In this document: one piece after another, positions 23,797-32,464 of the stretch
Layout: each line of letters starts with the position of its first letter
Position numbering within the stretch: position 1 is the first letter of the stretch
Assembly: GCA_903875555.1 (NCBI GenBank)
Contig: CAIQWN010000037.1
Span: forward strand, 1 to 39,836
Source: an uncultured bacterium
Lineage (GTDB): Bacteria > Patescibacteriota > Minisyncoccia > Phycocordibacterales > UBA5272
Direction: 5' to 3'
Length of the DNA: 39,836 bases
Notes under the pieces: generated by a model
What the model was told of the DNA's origin: nothing
The model's database searches: none
The model's input: only the letters and a program-made list of their open reading frames with translations
Position numbers and translations under genes: made by a program

Positions 23797-23834
23797 TGTG
23801 GCGACCTTGCCATGGGCCCAGCAAGGTCGCCACA
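23797..23834. repeat. GC-rich hairpin family, copy 5 (14-bp stem, loop CATGGGCCCA), between divergent rlmH and tsaD
   Basis: TGTGGCGACCTTGC-CATGGGCCCA-GCAAGGTCGCCACA. Confidence 0.75.
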
Positions 23835-23862
23835 GTAACGTTTATGTTATAATCCTAATATT

Positions 23863-25074
23863 ATGATTATTCTATCGATAGAAACAAGTTGCGACGAAAC
23901 ATCCGTGGCCATCATCAAACGCGTCAGAGGAAAAAATATTAAATTTGAAGTTTTATCACACAAAATTCTATCACAAATAGACCTCCACAAACAGTATGGT
24001 GGTGTCTTCCCTGCTATGGCAAAACGTGAGCATGCACGCACACTCACTCAACTTATAGCTGAATGTCTAAAAGAAGCAGATCTTCTTGTTGAAAGAACAA
24101 ATGAACATCATTTAGAAATGTCTAAAAGAAAAAAATTAGAGGAATTGCTTTCTCACGAACAAGAAATGTTTAAAGCATTGGTTGTTTTATTTGAAGGAAT
24201 ACAAAAACCAAAAATTGATGCAATCGCGGTCACAGCAGGCCCCGGTCTTGCCCCTGCTCTTTGGGTTGGTGTGAACAGTGCACTGTCTATGAATTTGATT
24301 TGGGATATTCCAGTTTATCCAATTCACCATATGGAAGGACATATCGTTGCTAGCCTTCTTTCAAAAAAAGAAAATATTTTTGAAATCAGTGAAATAAAAA
24401 CCCCAAGTGTCGCACTTTTAATTTCTGGAGGACACACAGAGATTGTTAGAATTTCAAAATTAAGAAAATATAAAATATTAGGCAAGACAAAGGATGATGC
24501 CGTCGGTGAAGCATTTGATAAAGTTGCCAGAATGCTTGGTATGGAATACCCTGGTGGACCTGAAATTTCTAAACTTGCAAACACATCTCGCAAAGAAAAT
24601 ATAATTGTTCCAGATGATCTTAAACTTCCCCGCCCAATGCTTCACAGTAAAGATTTATATTTTTCTTTTAGTGGATTAAAGACTGCGGTAATGACTCGAA
24701 TAAAAAAATATGGAGACGTGTCCAGCGAAGCATCTGCGAAGTTGGAGTTAAATGAAGAATTAAAAAAAGCCATAGCTCTCGAATTTGAAAATTCTGTGAC
24801 TGATGTTTTGGTTGCAAAAGTTAAACAAGCGATTTACGAAAATGGCGCAAACTCTCTGATTGTTGGTGGTGGAGTAAGTGCAAACAATCACATTCGTTTT
24901 AATTTACAAGAATTATGTCGTGAAGAAAATGTTGATTTATATTTACCAGATTTAAAACTTTCTGGAGACAACGCTTTAATGATTGCGGCCACAGGACTTC
25001 TTCATATTGAAAATGGTGAAAAATCAAAAAAGAAAATTATTGCAAACGGAAGTTGGAGTATAGAGGAAGCGTAG
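23863..25074 (+). CDS. tsaD: tRNA N6-adenosine threonylcarbamoyltransferase TsaD (Kae1/Gcp family)
   Basis: 403 aa. ILSIETSCDETSVAI, GGVFPAMAKREH, HHMEGH and LISGGHT are the canonical motifs. There is an insertion after the first lobe. Confidence 0.9.
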   Translation: MIILSIETSCDETSVAIIKRVRGKNIKFEVLSHKILSQIDLHKQYGGVFPAMAKREHARTLTQLIAECLKEADLLVERTNEHHLEMSKRKKLEELLSHEQEMFKALVVLFEGIQKPKIDAIAVTAGPGLAPALWVGVNSALSMNLIWDIPVYPIHHMEGHIVASLLSKKENIFEISEIKTPSVALLISGGHTEIVRISKLRKYKILGKTKDDAVGEAFDKVARMLGMEYPGGPEISKLANTSRKENIIVPDDLKLPRPMLHSKDLYFSFSGLKTAVMTRIKKYGDVSSEASAKLELNEELKKAIALEFENSVTDVLVAKVKQAIYENGANSLIVGGGVSANNHIRFNLQELCREENVDLYLPDLKLSGDNALMIAATGLLHIENGEKSKKKIIANGSWSIEEA

Positions 25075-25111
25075 TCGAAAGTTATAAAGTCAAAAGTCTA
25101 TAAAGCAATAT

Positions 25112-25150
25112 GAATTCAAAAGCGACACCTTCGGTGTCGCTTTTGAATTC
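25112..25150 (+). terminator. Long perfect hairpin (18-bp stem) after tsaD; bidirectional terminator candidate
   Basis: GAATTCAAAAGCGACACC-TTC-GGTGTCGCTTTTGAATTC. Confidence 0.75.
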
Positions 25151-25356
25151 ACTTTCTGATTGGGTAAGCGAAGTGCTTACTCCAAAAAAAATATCTTATG
25201 TGAGTGCGGTCGCTTACCTAAACAGAAAACGACCGTAAATAAATTATAACAAAAATTCCATAAAAACGTAAAGAGTATCCCCTAGAGATACTCCTTGCGC
25301 AGATATTTATTTTGTTTGGTGCAAACACTTATATGCACTCACAGAATAATTATAAC

Positions 25357-27567
25357 CTATTTGCTTGGCATTGCAATAACTTGATTAATTAATGTATCAA
25401 TTTCTGCTGACATTTGACTATTCGCCTTCTTATATTCTCCAAGTAAATTAATTGCTTCTTGTTTTTTCCCAGTACTTACCATTGTAGAAATTACATCCTT
25501 GTCTGGAATCATAACTTGCCCATTACTTGCAAGCACAGTCTTTACTTCACTTATTTTATTTGCATAAATACCTGAAATTACATAAAATCTTTTTGCTTCA
25601 GAATAATTTGGTGCTAATAAATATGCTCTCAGCGCTAATGTGTATGCATCATTATAATTTCCAGCAATTAAATATGTTCGCACTAAATCAAACAACAGAA
25701 GTTGTTTATTTGGAGAAAACTCTACCGCCCTACTTAAAACAAATTGCGCATTATCTACGTCACCAATACTATTATAAAACATACCCATAATGTTAAGAAC
25801 TCTAACATTATTAGCAAATTCGACTTTCATTTTTTCAGCCGTTTCTTTTGTGAAAACTAAAAGCTCTCTACCTGATTTTATAGTTGCGTCCTTTTGTTCT
25901 TTTGGTAAACTATCTGGCATTTTGTTTTGAATCATTTGTATCATGTTTCCAGTATTTTGAAACATTTGTTCAATCACCTCTTGTTTACCAATTGTGTTTA
26001 AATTAATAGCTTCTTCAAAGGATTTTTTTTGTATCTCAAGAGCTTTATCAAAACTATTTGTTTGAACTAATCTATTTATATCAATCGCTTTGAGTAGCAA
26101 AGTATTTACTCTATATGGTAAATAGTTTGCGTAATACATAACCAACACAAACAACACAACAACAAGTGGATCAAATATCATCACCGCTTCACCAAAATTT
26201 TTCTTTCCTAACATTATTTTGTCATCGGTATGTGAATGGAAAGATATATAAGCAAGAACAGTAAAGAACAAGATATAACTTATTAGATTATCAAACACGA
26301 ATATATTGTGAATAAAGTATCCGACAAGAACACCTGTAAGTATCGCTTTCTCTCTTAAATTTATTCTACTATCTTTCTTCCACATCATATAAAGAGCCAC
26401 GAAAAATAGTGACAGATACGAGAGAAGACCGAGAGCTCCACCTGCAACCAACCAATCAAAGAATACATCGTGTGATCTGTCATACCAAGGTTCTACATTC
26501 CACATATTTTTTGCATCAAAGAAACGTGGGAAAATGTATGAGAAATTTTCTTGTCCATAACCAAGTATTGGATGCTTTAACCATCCTTCATAACTCATTT
26601 TCCAAACAGTTATGCGACTCATTGTTGTCAGATCAGATATTGATATAGAAGAAAAACGTTCAAGTGATGGTGTGTTTTTTACAAAAGAAGAATCTTTGAA
26701 CATAAAAACAGTGGAGACAAAAATAATAAGAACTACTAAGGAGCCACCAACGACTTTTCTTAAGTGTCCTTTTTCTTTATAAGCAATAATAATCAATGTT
26801 ACAATTGCTCCAACCAAAATACCAATCATTGTTCCTCTTGTTCCAGAATAAAACAATGAAATCAAGTTAAGAAAACCAATTATTACATAAGTAGTTTTCT
26901 CTCCTCTGGTTTTCGCATAAGAATAAAGAAGGGCTGAAATAAAAGCAAAAAATAAACAATATATAGCGTAATATGCAGAGTTACCTAAAGTTGCATCAAT
27001 ACGTGTCGGTGCTGTATTTACTGGAAACTTTTCAGCAATTTTTGCAGATAATACTGGAAACAACTTAGCAAACAAAAACTGTTTAACCCCTAACGCTTGT
27101 AAGAAACCGTACCCAACAACAACAACGTTTGAAGCCAGGAAAACTTTAAATAGTTTATGCCAATCAGGAAGTGTGTGTAGGAATGAAATCAAAACTATAA
27201 AATAAGCAAACAAATGTATGTGGGCAACGAATCCTTCCATTCTTTCAAAATTAGACAGGAATGATGCAGTTTGATCAACTCCAAAAATATCAGCAATTAA
27301 GATAATAAACATAAACACCGCATAAGCTCCAAACAAAAGAGATTTCTTTGGGCGATATTTAGGATCACGAAGAGCAAGTAAGACCCACGAAGTGAAAGCA
27401 ATTTCTACCAGAATTCTAAAAGCAAAATTTTTTCCAGCAATGAAAGGGAAAAATAATCCTGAACCTGTGTTAAAAATATCTAAACCTTGTCCATTTGCAA
27501 CATATAAAGTTATAAACGGAATAATAACTAAACACCCCCAAATAATATTTTTTAATACTTTTTGCAT
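25357..27567 (-). CDS. O-antigen ligase-like (Wzy_C-type) polytopic membrane protein with C-terminal TPR repeats
   Basis: 736 aa. About 12 TM helices with a YSGTRGTMIG-type loop. The C-terminal 250 aa have TPR-like periodicity (NYNDAYTLALRAYLLAPNYSEA). Confidence 0.65.
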   Translation of the reverse strand: MQKVLKNIIWGCLVIIPFITLYVANGQGLDIFNTGSGLFFPFIAGKNFAFRILVEIAFTSWVLLALRDPKYRPKKSLLFGAYAVFMFIILIADIFGVDQTASFLSNFERMEGFVAHIHLFAYFIVLISFLHTLPDWHKLFKVFLASNVVVVGYGFLQALGVKQFLFAKLFPVLSAKIAEKFPVNTAPTRIDATLGNSAYYAIYCLFFAFISALLYSYAKTRGEKTTYVIIGFLNLISLFYSGTRGTMIGILVGAIVTLIIIAYKEKGHLRKVVGGSLVVLIIFVSTVFMFKDSSFVKNTPSLERFSSISISDLTTMSRITVWKMSYEGWLKHPILGYGQENFSYIFPRFFDAKNMWNVEPWYDRSHDVFFDWLVAGGALGLLSYLSLFFVALYMMWKKDSRINLREKAILTGVLVGYFIHNIFVFDNLISYILFFTVLAYISFHSHTDDKIMLGKKNFGEAVMIFDPLVVVLFVLVMYYANYLPYRVNTLLLKAIDINRLVQTNSFDKALEIQKKSFEEAINLNTIGKQEVIEQMFQNTGNMIQMIQNKMPDSLPKEQKDATIKSGRELLVFTKETAEKMKVEFANNVRVLNIMGMFYNSIGDVDNAQFVLSRAVEFSPNKQLLLFDLVRTYLIAGNYNDAYTLALRAYLLAPNYSEAKRFYVISGIYANKISEVKTVLASNGQVMIPDKDVISTMVSTGKKQEAINLLGEYKKANSQMSAEIDTLINQVIAMPSK

Positions 27568-27649
27568 ATATTTTTTACGATTAATAACTAGATTATAACA
27601 TGAAATTAATTAAAAGTTTGTTAGTATACAGAGTTAATTACCAATATAG

Positions 27650-27688
27650 TTCATAAGGTTTATAAAGTTTGTAAAGTTCATAAAGTAA
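27650..27688. repeat. Left inverted repeat flanking the four-helix-bundle gene (TTCATAAGGTT plus TATAAAG/TAAAG iterations)
   Basis: TTCATAAGGTTTATAAAGTTTGTAAAGTTCATAAAG. Its reverse complement matches 28080-28146. Confidence 0.6.
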
Positions 27689-27721
27689 CATAAATACCAA
27701 AAACAATGGTAAAATGAAGTA

Positions 27722-28066
27722 ATGAGAATAGAAAAGTTCGAGGATATTTTAATTTGGCAAAAAGCAAAGAGGTTATCTACTTTAGTTTATAAAAACTTTG
27801 AGAACAACAAAGATTATGGTTTTAAAGACCAAATACAAAGAGCTAGTATCTCTATAATGAATAATACAGCCGAAGGATTTGAAAGAAAAAGTAATACAGA
27901 ATTAAAACATTTTCTGTTTATAGCTAAAGGCTCTGCTGGAGAAGTGAGATCTATGATTAATATAGCAGTTGAATTAAAATATTTATCACAAGACGATTTT
28001 AAAATAATGTATAATGAAGTAATAGAAATTTCAAAAATGATTTCCAGCTTCATAAAAACTTTATAG
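27722..28066 (+). CDS. Four-helix-bundle protein (family formerly named 23S rRNA intervening-sequence protein)
   Basis: 114 aa. FEDILIWQKAKRL...QIQRASISIMNNTAEGFERKSNTELKHFLFIAKGSAGEVRS is the family signature. Confidence 0.8.
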   Translation: MRIEKFEDILIWQKAKRLSTLVYKNFENNKDYGFKDQIQRASISIMNNTAEGFERKSNTELKHFLFIAKGSAGEVRSMINIAVELKYLSQDDFKIMYNEVIEISKMISSFIKTL

Positions 28067-28079
28067 TAATCACTTTAGA

Positions 28080-28146
28080 AACCTTATGAATTAAATTTTA
28101 TTTTATGTATTCTAACCTTATAAACTTTAAGAACTTTATAAACTTT
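28080..28146. repeat. Right inverted repeat flanking the four-helix-bundle gene
   Basis: AACCTTATGAA ... AACCTTATAAACTTTAAGAACTTTATAAACTTT. Confidence 0.6.
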
Positions 28147-28158
28147 TAACTAATTATC

Positions 28159-28872
28159 ATGATACCGAAAACCATACACTATTGCTGGTTTGGAGGACCA
28201 AAAGACGACCTAATATTACGCTGTATTGAAAGCTGGAAGAAATTTTGTCCTGACTATAAAATCATTGAGTGGAATGAGGGTAATTTTGATATTAACAAAT
28301 CAGAATTCACTAAAAAAATGTATGCGCAAAAAAAATGGGCTTTCGTTTCTGATTATGCTCGTTTTAAAATATTGAATGACAACGGTGGAATATATTTGGA
28401 TACCGACATGCTTTTAGTTAAACCATTAGATAATCTTTTACAAAATTCTTTCTTTAGTGCTTATGAAGATGATAAATATATAAGCTGTGGAGCAATCGGA
28501 GCAGAAGAAAATAACGCACTGATTAAAAAATGTTTAAATTATTATAATGAGAACACAGATAAATTAATTTTATCGCAAATCTCTGTCCCAAAAATATTAA
28601 CATCTTGTTACAATAATTTATCAAATAATGAAAAAGAAAACATAAAAATCTATCCAAAAAATTATTTCTACCCTTTCAATCAATTTGAAATAAAAAAGTT
28701 TAATGGAAATAACGCACCAAGTGAAAGTTACGGCGTTCATCTTTGGAATTATTCTTGGGGAAATCCGATGTTTAGATTTTTAAATAAATTTAAATTTTAC
28801 AATAGCTTTAAAAAAATACTAGGTATTCTTGGGATTAAAAAAATAATTAAAAAACTATTAAATATTGCTTAA
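28159..28872 (+). CDS. Glycosyltransferase, GT32-like (Gly_transf_sug type)
   Basis: 237 aa. IPKTIHYCWFGG at the N-terminus and the DXD context YLDTDM. Confidence 0.7.
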   Translation: MIPKTIHYCWFGGPKDDLILRCIESWKKFCPDYKIIEWNEGNFDINKSEFTKKMYAQKKWAFVSDYARFKILNDNGGIYLDTDMLLVKPLDNLLQNSFFSAYEDDKYISCGAIGAEENNALIKKCLNYYNENTDKLILSQISVPKILTSCYNNLSNNEKENIKIYPKNYFYPFNQFEIKKFNGNNAPSESYGVHLWNYSWGNPMFRFLNKFKFYNSFKKILGILGIKKIIKKLLNIA

Positions 28873-28874
28873 AT

Positions 28875-29642
28875 ATGAAATTTAGTATTATCACACCAAC
28901 TTATAAAAGATCAGAGGAATTATCTCGTTGTGTTACTTCTGTGTTAAATCAAAATTACCAAGATTTTGAAATGATCATTGTAAATGATTCACCCGATGAT
29001 GAATCTTATAAAGATTTTGAAAAAAATATCTCAGACAATAGAATAAAGTATTTTAAAAATGAAAAAAACATGGGTGTAAATTATACACGTAATTTTGCAC
29101 TCGATAACTTATCTAAAGATTCTGACTATATAATCTTTCTTGATGATGATGATTGGTTTGCAAATGACACACTTTCTAATTTTGCAAAATTAATAAAAAA
29201 TCACACAGATGAAAACTGGTTAGTAACTAATCGTGCTTATGAAAGTGGAAAATATTTAACTATTGCCCCTAAAAATAATACTCATTATAATTACGCTTTT
29301 GACTATTTAATATTTAGAAATATTAAAGGTGACGCTACACATTGTATAAAAACAAACAAAATTAAAAACATACGTTTCTCTAAAAAAAATAAACAAGGAG
29401 ATGAGTGGTTTTTCTTTTATCAACTAGGGCTAAAAAATAAATTCTTCTATTCTTCACACAACTCAACACTCAGTGAAGGCTATGACGTAAATAATGGTCT
29501 TAACTTTAGAAAACAAAACAAGTTTTTAAAAATAAAAAACACTTTAACTTTACTTATTGAAGGAATTAAATTAAATATTGCACACCATTCCTCGTTTTTA
29601 TTTTACATATTAATAAGAATATTAATCACAATTTTCAAGTAA
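28875..29642 (+). CDS. Glycosyltransferase family 2
   Basis: 255 aa. FSIITPTYKRSEEL, IIVNDSPDD and FLDDDD motifs. Confidence 0.8.
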   Translation: MKFSIITPTYKRSEELSRCVTSVLNQNYQDFEMIIVNDSPDDESYKDFEKNISDNRIKYFKNEKNMGVNYTRNFALDNLSKDSDYIIFLDDDDWFANDTLSNFAKLIKNHTDENWLVTNRAYESGKYLTIAPKNNTHYNYAFDYLIFRNIKGDATHCIKTNKIKNIRFSKKNKQGDEWFFFYQLGLKNKFFYSSHNSTLSEGYDVNNGLNFRKQNKFLKIKNTLTLLIEGIKLNIAHHSSFLFYILIRILITIFK

Positions 29643-29677
29643 AAATTAATTGTCCATCATGATATAATATAGTTATT

Positions 29678-30514
29678 ATGTATATTATTGATGTCTGGAG
29701 AAATAGATTTCATAAATTTCTAGATAACCCTAGTGCTATATACCCTTTCTTAAAAAAGAAACTCTACTATAACTTTGTAGCTGATAAATACTTAAAACAT
29801 TATAAAGATTTTAAATATTTAAATTACGAAGAAACATTAAATGATGTCATAAACAATAACAAATCAATTGTGCGCTTTGGTGATGAGTTATTTGATATGT
29901 TACAAGGGATTGGTTTGTATTACGGAGATTGGCGTCAAAAATACACACCAGACTTAGCAGAAAGAATGAAAGAAGTTATATCTTCAAATGATCCGCGCCT
30001 ACTTGTTTGTTTTAATCCAGAATTTATTTTAAAAACAAAACAAGGTTTTAAAGATATGGGGATCCCAGAACAGTACCAATTTTGGACTAACTCAAAAATC
30101 TTTCTAAAAGATTACTATCGTAAAAACATTACTTACGGTAGTGCTCTTTGTTTTACACCAAGATATAATACTCACATTGATTATAAAAAACTAAAAAACT
30201 TTTTTCAGAAAAAACATATTATTATTGTTACATCAAATATTGATCGTTTTAATGGAATATCTCTTGGAAAGACAACGGATTTTATTGAATCTCCAAAAAG
30301 TGATGCCTGGCAGTCGTATGAAAAAATAAAAGAAACTGTTCTTTCTATGATCAAAGAGAAAAACTTTCAGCAAGAGGAGATACTAATTATGGCTTCTATG
30401 GGTAGTGCGGCAAAGGTTCTTGTTTATGATCTAACTAAACTTGGTTATACATCATGGGATACTGGCCAATTCTTTGATTTAGCTTTTAAAGAAATAGAAA
30501 AACTTTCAAAATAA
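29678..30514 (+). CDS. GT-D fold glycosyltransferase (DUF1792-like)
   Basis: 278 aa. SIVRFGDELFDM resembles the RFGDGE signature. It is a paralogue of 34951-35742. Confidence 0.6.
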   Translation: MYIIDVWRNRFHKFLDNPSAIYPFLKKKLYYNFVADKYLKHYKDFKYLNYEETLNDVINNNKSIVRFGDELFDMLQGIGLYYGDWRQKYTPDLAERMKEVISSNDPRLLVCFNPEFILKTKQGFKDMGIPEQYQFWTNSKIFLKDYYRKNITYGSALCFTPRYNTHIDYKKLKNFFQKKHIIIVTSNIDRFNGISLGKTTDFIESPKSDAWQSYEKIKETVLSMIKEKNFQQEEILIMASMGSAAKVLVYDLTKLGYTSWDTGQFFDLAFKEIEKLSK

Positions 30515-30518
30515 TTAT

Positions 30519-31328
30519 ATGAAGTTTAAAATATTTCTTATTAATATGAAAAAGAGTCCTGAAAGGTTAGAATTTATGTCTAATCAATTACATTCTCTTG
30601 GTCTTCCTTTTTTTATACAAGAAGGTATTGATGGTAAAACATTCGATTTTAAAGATGTATACGACGAGAGACTTTCGACTAAATTAAACGGATCACCTCT
30701 TGCCTTGGTAGAAAAAGGCTGTGCAATGTCTCATAAATTAATTTTAGAAAAATCTTTTAGTGAAGAACTTGATTACGTCCTTGTATTAGAAGATGACGTT
30801 GAACTTCCTTCAAATTTTGAACAAATACTAGACGAAGAATTAAACAAAAGAGAAAACAAAAAAACAACTTGGGAATACCTTGCATTTAACTACCCAACTG
30901 TTGGTTTAAAATTTATAAAACTATGGTTATTTTTATTAAAAGAACAATTTATAAAAACTCCTTCTTTATTTTTATATACTAAAACCCCTATTTATTTTAT
31001 AAAATTTTTAGTTATTGTTATGTTTTCGATTTTTGAAGGCTCGCGAGATATTATATATAAAAAAATATATAAATATGGTAGGCCAGCAAAATTCTATCGC
31101 CCACTTTATTTGGCTGGTTGTTATTTAGTCACAAAAGAAGGAATTAAAAAACTATTAAACGTTCAAGAAAAACTTATTTACCCAGCAGACAGAATTCAAA
31201 ATATCGCCAGAGTTAAAAAAGGATTAAAACTTTTTCATTTTGTTCCACTTGTCGTTAAACAACGCCGAGACAAATTTGAAAGTACAATGTATCAAAATAA
31301 AGATTACGTTTTTAGTAAATATGATTAA
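30519..31328 (+). CDS. Glycosyltransferase family 25 (LOS/LPS-type)
   Basis: 269 aa. The N-terminus is IFLINMKKSPERLEFMSNQL...IDG, with VLEDDVEL. Confidence 0.7.
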   Translation: MKFKIFLINMKKSPERLEFMSNQLHSLGLPFFIQEGIDGKTFDFKDVYDERLSTKLNGSPLALVEKGCAMSHKLILEKSFSEELDYVLVLEDDVELPSNFEQILDEELNKRENKKTTWEYLAFNYPTVGLKFIKLWLFLLKEQFIKTPSLFLYTKTPIYFIKFLVIVMFSIFEGSRDIIYKKIYKYGRPAKFYRPLYLAGCYLVTKEGIKKLLNVQEKLIYPADRIQNIARVKKGLKLFHFVPLVVKQRRDKFESTMYQNKDYVFSKYD

Positions 31329-31333
31329 CTAAA

Positions 31334-32365
31334 TTATTTAAAGAAAGATGATTCTAATTTTTTAGCCATTTTTGATTTAGAGAAATAACCAGTATACACA
31401 GCTTGTGACATAAGTTTTACACGTTTGAAATAAGTTACTGTTGGTCCAAATTTAAAAAGTCCTAAAATAAATAGTCCTAACATCCAAAAGAATATATTTA
31501 AAAACAAGATGATTGTTGATTGATTACTATGCTTCCTAGATAGACGTACCATATTTCTTATACGATAATAAACTTTAAAAGGAAGTGTGCTTGGATCAAA
31601 TTGACCAAAGATGTGTGAACCATTTGTACCAAAAGTTAAATCAACATCATATAGTCGTGGCTTTGAACATAAATATGATTCATATCCAAGTTTTTTAATA
31701 TTCCATGAATACTCAATGTCGTCACCATACAAGAAAAGACTTGCGTCTGGTAACGGTGCTTCACGCACAGCTTCTATAGGAATAAAAGCTCCTCCGTAAA
31801 TAAATCCTTCTGTTGGTATTATTGGTATAAATGGACCTCTTTTTACTTTCTTCTTTCTTCTGTCAAATAATTTAATAAAATGAATAAATTTTCTAAGACT
31901 AAACACTTCAAAAAAAGTTCCTCGCGGTTTATCATCAGCAATTGAGGGTTTGTAAAAGTGTTCTTTGTTTTCGAGAACATTATCACGACTACCAGATAAT
32001 ACAACCTTTTTATTTGGAAACAGTCTTACTATTTCCATAAATGACATAATAGATCCATCCTCTGGAACAGAATCATCATCTAGAATAAATACATAATCAC
32101 AATCTGTTCTTCTTGCATAATCAAGACCAACAGCAAAACCACCAGCTGACCCCAAATTTTTCTCTTGGCGCAAGACAACTACTCTATCACCATATTCCTT
32201 AACACCATTCTCAATCTCTTCTTTATTTTTTGAACCATTATCAACAATAATAAGTTTTGTTATATAAGGATCTCTCATAACCGCAATTACTACCTGAGAT
32301 AAAAATTTCCACCTATCACCATACATTATGGTGACTGCAGTAACTTTTGGATAAAGAGTATTCAT
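31334..32365 (-). CDS. Glycosyltransferase family 2 (rhamnosyltransferase-like) with a C-terminal TM segment
   Basis: 343 aa. VTAVTIMYGDRW, IIVDNGS, ILDDDS and YGDDIEYS motifs. Confidence 0.8.
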   Translation of the reverse strand: MNTLYPKVTAVTIMYGDRWKFLSQVVIAVMRDPYITKLIIVDNGSKNKEEIENGVKEYGDRVVVLRQEKNLGSAGGFAVGLDYARRTDCDYVFILDDDSVPEDGSIMSFMEIVRLFPNKKVVLSGSRDNVLENKEHFYKPSIADDKPRGTFFEVFSLRKFIHFIKLFDRRKKKVKRGPFIPIIPTEGFIYGGAFIPIEAVREAPLPDASLFLYGDDIEYSWNIKKLGYESYLCSKPRLYDVDLTFGTNGSHIFGQFDPSTLPFKVYYRIRNMVRLSRKHSNQSTIILFLNIFFWMLGLFILGLFKFGPTVTYFKRVKLMSQAVYTGYFSKSKMAKKLESSFFK

Positions 32366-32464
32366 ACCACTATTGTATACGAAAAAGTAATAAAATCAAA
32401 ATAGTTATATTATATTGTTTAGAACATAACAACGTGATATTATAAGATATATTACACTAACAAC

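Noticed and set aside
23847-24047. Track ORF, 66 aa, minus strand, at the rlmH/tsaD divergent region; likewise 3186-3377 and 16865-17125
   Set aside because: They overlap the 5' ends of well-supported genes (tsaD, the LexA-like gene, ddl) on the opposite strand. They have no promoter geometry or motifs.
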